DNA of 64,000 nucleotides from Puniceicoccales bacterium (GTDB lineage Bacteria; Verrucomicrobiota; Verrucomicrobiia; Opitutales; JAIRKQ01): NCBI GenBank assembly GCA_031266345.1, contig JAISBD010000007.1, positions 4,377 to 68,376 of the forward strand, read 5' to 3'. Shown piece by piece: positions 61,019 to 64,000 of this stretch (position 1 is its first letter; each line of letters starts with the position of its first letter). The notes under the pieces were generated by a model. It saw only the letters and a program-made list of their open reading frames with translations, ran no database searches and was not told where the DNA came from. The position numbers and the translations under genes were made by a program.

Positions 61019-63280
61019 TCATTCGGCGATCGGCCTCTGTGGGGAGGTCCCATCTTTGGTCGCTTTTGCGCATTCCGGATGCAGAATTTCGAACCAATCC
61101 CTCACTATGCGCAGGCATTCGCGCAGCTGGATATCGAAGTCGGGGAGGAGTTCATTTTGTTTAATATCATAAACTTCCCTATTGTCATCGCCCCCGTCGC
61201 CTTCCAGCCTAATTTTTTCAAATTTATAGTCATCTTGGGCAATCAATTCTTCCAACTCCGCCTTAATTTTGCGTTTAAACTGCAGGTCAGCCAGTGATTT
61301 TTGCCGGCGCTTTTCTAAATTCAGGGAAATTTCTTTCTGGCTGATATTTTCCCTAAAATTTGTGATGCGCTCGCTAAGAATTTGAAATTCTTTCAGCCCG
61401 TTTTGGCGCACCTTGGCATGCTTTTTTAAAGTTTTGATGATTTTTGGGTCCACGAAATAATTCAATTTTTTCGCCGTCTCCTCATAGGCGAAATTTGCGG
61501 CCGGCACGGAATCGCAACTTAGGGCGTGGGGCAGGTCAGATTCCCGCACGGGCAAATAGGCGTCGAAGCTGGGGATTTTAATGTCGGCCGGCACGCCGTT
61601 TAGCTGGGTGGAATGGCCCGTTGGCAGGTACCACTTCTGCACGGTTACGCGGGCGGCTCCCAGGGCATTGTCGTGCAGGGAGCTGAAAAATTTATTCATT
61701 GGGAGGATTATTTGGACGCTACCTTTGCCGTGCGTTGTCGGGTCGCCGACGATTACGGCACGCCTGTGGTCGCGCAGTGCACCGACAAAAATTTCCGATG
61801 CGGAGGCGCTGTGAGCCGATGTCAGCGCGATTAGCGGCCCGGTCCACTCGATTGATTCATCTTCGTCGCATAAATTTTCGATTTTCCCAGAGGAATCCCG
61901 CACTTGCACAATGGGCCCGGTTTTTATGAATAGCCCCGATGTGCCCACGGCCTGCTCCAAGAAGCCGCCGGAATTTCGACGCAGGTCGACTATCAGCCCC
62001 ACGATATTGTGCTCTTTGAACTTATTTATTAGGTAGCGCATATCGGAGGTGGTGTCCGCATCGCGCCTATCACTGTTCGGATCGTTGCCATAGAAAGCCG
62101 GCAAATCTATGACGCCGATGTTGATTTTTTTCCCGTTTAAATCGAGTTCGAACAACTTTCCGCTGGCACGCGTTTCCATGAGGTGTATTTCGTCGCGCAT
62201 TAGCTGCACGATCTTATAATCACCTGGGCCGGCGTCAACTGGCTGAATTTTCAGGCGTACGATGGTGCCCTTTTCGCCGCGCATTAGCCGCACGGATTTA
62301 TATAGTCGCATGCCGACTATGTCGACAAATTCCCCATCTACACCCTGTGCCACCGCTAAAATTTTATCGCCGACTTTGAATTGTTTCGATAAACTAGCGG
62401 GCCCGCCGGGGTGCAGCTCTTTTATTATGCATGTTCCATTGTCGTCGATTAGAACCGCTCCGATGCCTACCAGCGAATTTAGCAGCATCACGTTGAAGTC
62501 GTCGAGCGATGTTTTCGATAGGAAGCTGGAGTGGGGGTCGTACATGTGCGACAGACTGTTTAGAAAGATTTCCTCGATTAGCCAGGAGTCGAAATCTTTC
62601 AAGGCGGTGCGGAGGTTTTTATATCTTTTGGCGACTATTTCCCGCGCTTTCGCCAGTGCTTCGATGGGTGCCGGGGGTTTTTCCTTCCCCTCTTCAGTGG
62701 GTAGTTCAGTGGACAATTTACCTTCGCTATCCATTATTTCGTTGAGCAGTTCGTATTTTAGCCGCTTCTCCCAGAGCATGTCCGCTTCGAGCGAGTTCAC
62801 CGGCCACTTCGCATCTTTGCGGTCGGGGGTATAGCATTCTTCCGCCGAAAAATCCCAGTCTTGCTGCAATCTTTTTTCCACCCAATCCAGGCGAGCATAC
62901 GCATCGCGGCGATATTGGTCGAAGATTGTGAATGCCGGCATCAGACTTCCGCCGCTGATAAAAATATCCAAAGTTGCCGAAAATCGCTTTGTGAAATCAT
63001 CCACTTCTTTTTGGGTGAATATCATGCGATTGATATCGAGCTCGCCCATGTAATCCCTAAGTATGGTGCTGTGGTCCAGTAGGGAGATATCCTTGCGATT
63101 GTAGTGTAGTTCCTCCATGCACCGCATCATGTAGATTGTTTCTGCACGCATTTCGCGGGTGGGCATTATCATCGGCTCGCTATCGGGAGCGATACTCACG
63201 TCATCCGGGGCAACATTAGCGCGGGCAATATTGCAAAATACACACGCAAGGACCAAAATTAACTTCCACTTATTCATCAC
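61019..63280 (-). CDS. Tail-specific (C-terminal processing) protease, S41 family, Prc/Tsp-like
   Basis: 753 aa. Signal peptide MMNKWKLILVLACVFCNIARA, PDZ region (GPASLSKQFKVGDKILAV), S41 core (GLIVDLRRNSGG, SASASEIFVGALRD, GDPTTHGKGSVQ). Confidence 0.88.
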   Translation of the reverse strand: MMNKWKLILVLACVFCNIARANVAPDDVSIAPDSEPMIMPTREMRAETIYMMRCMEELHYNRKDISLLDHSTILRDYMGELDINRMIFTQKEVDDFTKRFSATLDIFISGGSLMPAFTIFDQYRRDAYARLDWVEKRLQQDWDFSAEECYTPDRKDAKWPVNSLEADMLWEKRLKYELLNEIMDSEGKLSTELPTEEGKEKPPAPIEALAKAREIVAKRYKNLRTALKDFDSWLIEEIFLNSLSHMYDPHSSFLSKTSLDDFNVMLLNSLVGIGAVLIDDNGTCIIKELHPGGPASLSKQFKVGDKILAVAQGVDGEFVDIVGMRLYKSVRLMRGEKGTIVRLKIQPVDAGPGDYKIVQLMRDEIHLMETRASGKLFELDLNGKKINIGVIDLPAFYGNDPNSDRRDADTTSDMRYLINKFKEHNIVGLIVDLRRNSGGFLEQAVGTSGLFIKTGPIVQVRDSSGKIENLCDEDESIEWTGPLIALTSAHSASASEIFVGALRDHRRAVIVGDPTTHGKGSVQIILPMNKFFSSLHDNALGAARVTVQKWYLPTGHSTQLNGVPADIKIPSFDAYLPVRESDLPHALSCDSVPAANFAYEETAKKLNYFVDPKIIKTLKKHAKVRQNGLKEFQILSERITNFRENISQKEISLNLEKRRQKSLADLQFKRKIKAELEELIAQDDYKFEKIRLEGDGGDDNREVYDIKQNELLPDFDIQLRECLRIVRDWFEILHPECAKATKDGTSPQRPIAE

Positions 63281-63461
63281 CTATTTCCTTTTGTTCTATG
63301 AAACATGAGCTGGGGAAAGTTGCAATCAAATTAAGCAAATCTTCGCACCTGTATACCTCGTTTTTTGCCCGCGACTTAAAATCAGGCTCCGATCATAAAT
63401 TTTTGCGGAAATTTCGTAGAAATACTTGACAAAGATAAGGAAATTTCATGATTTATCTACT

Positions 63462-63941
63462 ATGAGTGCTTCGGATATTGGAGGAACAGACCCTGTGGCG
63501 GTGGCAGCCGCTGCTGAAGCAAATGATGCACAGAACAATGACAGGCGCATTAGTGTTGCCGTGGGTGGCAATGTGCAAATTTTCCAAGGTGAAGTTCGAA
63601 TACCTAATGCGGGGAGAGACGGTGAAAATTTACCCAGCGTTAAGCTATGGGAATTGGCTCACTTTATGTCGGCGATGGCAGGTGTTTGCTGTGCCCGCAC
63701 AACTTGCGCTCCCATTCTGGCTGGCATATCAATGGTTATAGGCGGTAAGTTCGCATGCATGCCCAATCGGCATTTGCCCATTGGCGTCAAGTTTATAGGC
63801 TTGGGGATGTCATTTTTATCTGGTATGACTGGCTGGATCAATTGGCATGAATTCATCGTGGCCTATTTCGCAGCCCGGGTCGTTTGCAGCTTCATGGAGT
63901 ATACCTGTTGGACTATGGGTAGACTATTGGGCCATGAGTAG
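63462..63941 (+). CDS. Hypothetical small membrane protein
   Basis: 159 aa from ATG (MSASDIGGTDP...). Three hydrophobic, Cys/Gly-rich segments (FMSAMAGVCCARTTCAPILAGISMVIGG, IGVKFIGLGMSFLSGMTGWI, FIVAYFAARVVCSF). The ORF-track TTG at 63426 is part of a TTGACA hexamer and is less likely as a start. Confidence 0.45.
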   Translation: MSASDIGGTDPVAVAAAAEANDAQNNDRRISVAVGGNVQIFQGEVRIPNAGRDGENLPSVKLWELAHFMSAMAGVCCARTTCAPILAGISMVIGGKFACMPNRHLPIGVKFIGLGMSFLSGMTGWINWHEFIVAYFAARVVCSFMEYTCWTMGRLLGHE

Positions 63942-64000
63942 GCGGTAAAGTTCGTGTGGTGCGGCCGCATTTTAGCTTTGGGCGATGCTAATGGGGTGAT

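Noticed and set aside
1-64000. Search by eye of all intergenic spacers (>100 nt) for tRNA, rRNA, tmRNA, RNase P or SRP RNA genes, IS inverted repeats, integrases other than xerC/D, and toxin-antitoxin or restriction/defence gene pairs
   Set aside because: None was recognised. The only recombinase is a housekeeping-type XerC/D embedded in a dnaX operon, with no flanking att-like repeats. A covariance-model scan (Infernal/tRNAscan) would be needed to exclude small RNAs formally.

Overview
This is a 64-kb chromosomal window of mid-range GC (judged by eye, not computed). I call 47 protein-coding genes. I found no rRNA, tRNA, CRISPR array, IS element or phage genes on either strand.

Gene content points to a host-associated member of the PVC group (Chlamydiae/Verrucomicrobia/Lentisphaerae-like). 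This placement is an inference from content and synteny, not a computed phylogeny.

Secretion and surface genes:
- An injectisome export-gate operon, sctS-sctT-sctU, lies at the left edge. sctU is truncated by the window edge and is missing from the ORF track.
- An 8.4-kb gene encodes a 2791-aa Pmp-like autotransporter built from two tandem ~3.4-3.5-kb passenger modules.
- A non-canonically organised type II secretion cluster reads K-like, L-like, M-like, gspD, GspC/PilP-like, gspE, with a divergent pseudopilin. gspF sits ~24 kb away.
- A 928-aa protein carries a PilX/GspK-type N-terminus.

Candidate secreted or membrane proteins with no recognisable family:
- Two repeat proteins share a reiterated aromatic-basic G[FW]F...FS[SK] motif set in Pro/Glu/Lys/Thr spacers.
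- A protein with a C-terminal bilobed hydrophobic (Inc-like) domain is divergent from the T3SS operon.
- A protein has a kinase-like D..PGN...D core.
- A Cys-rich protein is transcribed with murA.

Two metabolic enzyme homologues have visibly degenerate active-site motifs: a PFK-like and a thymidine-phosphorylase-like protein.

The rest is housekeeping: mnmG, rpsT, STAS-mlaE/mlaF, lpxI, murA, ileS-dksA-like-lspA, an amino-acid ABC transporter, infC, an amidase, plsC, a PAS histidine kinase, xerC/D, dnaX, dgkA, an LtaS-like transferase, dxs and a tail-specific protease.

All functional calls come from reading the translations against remembered family motifs. No database search was possible.
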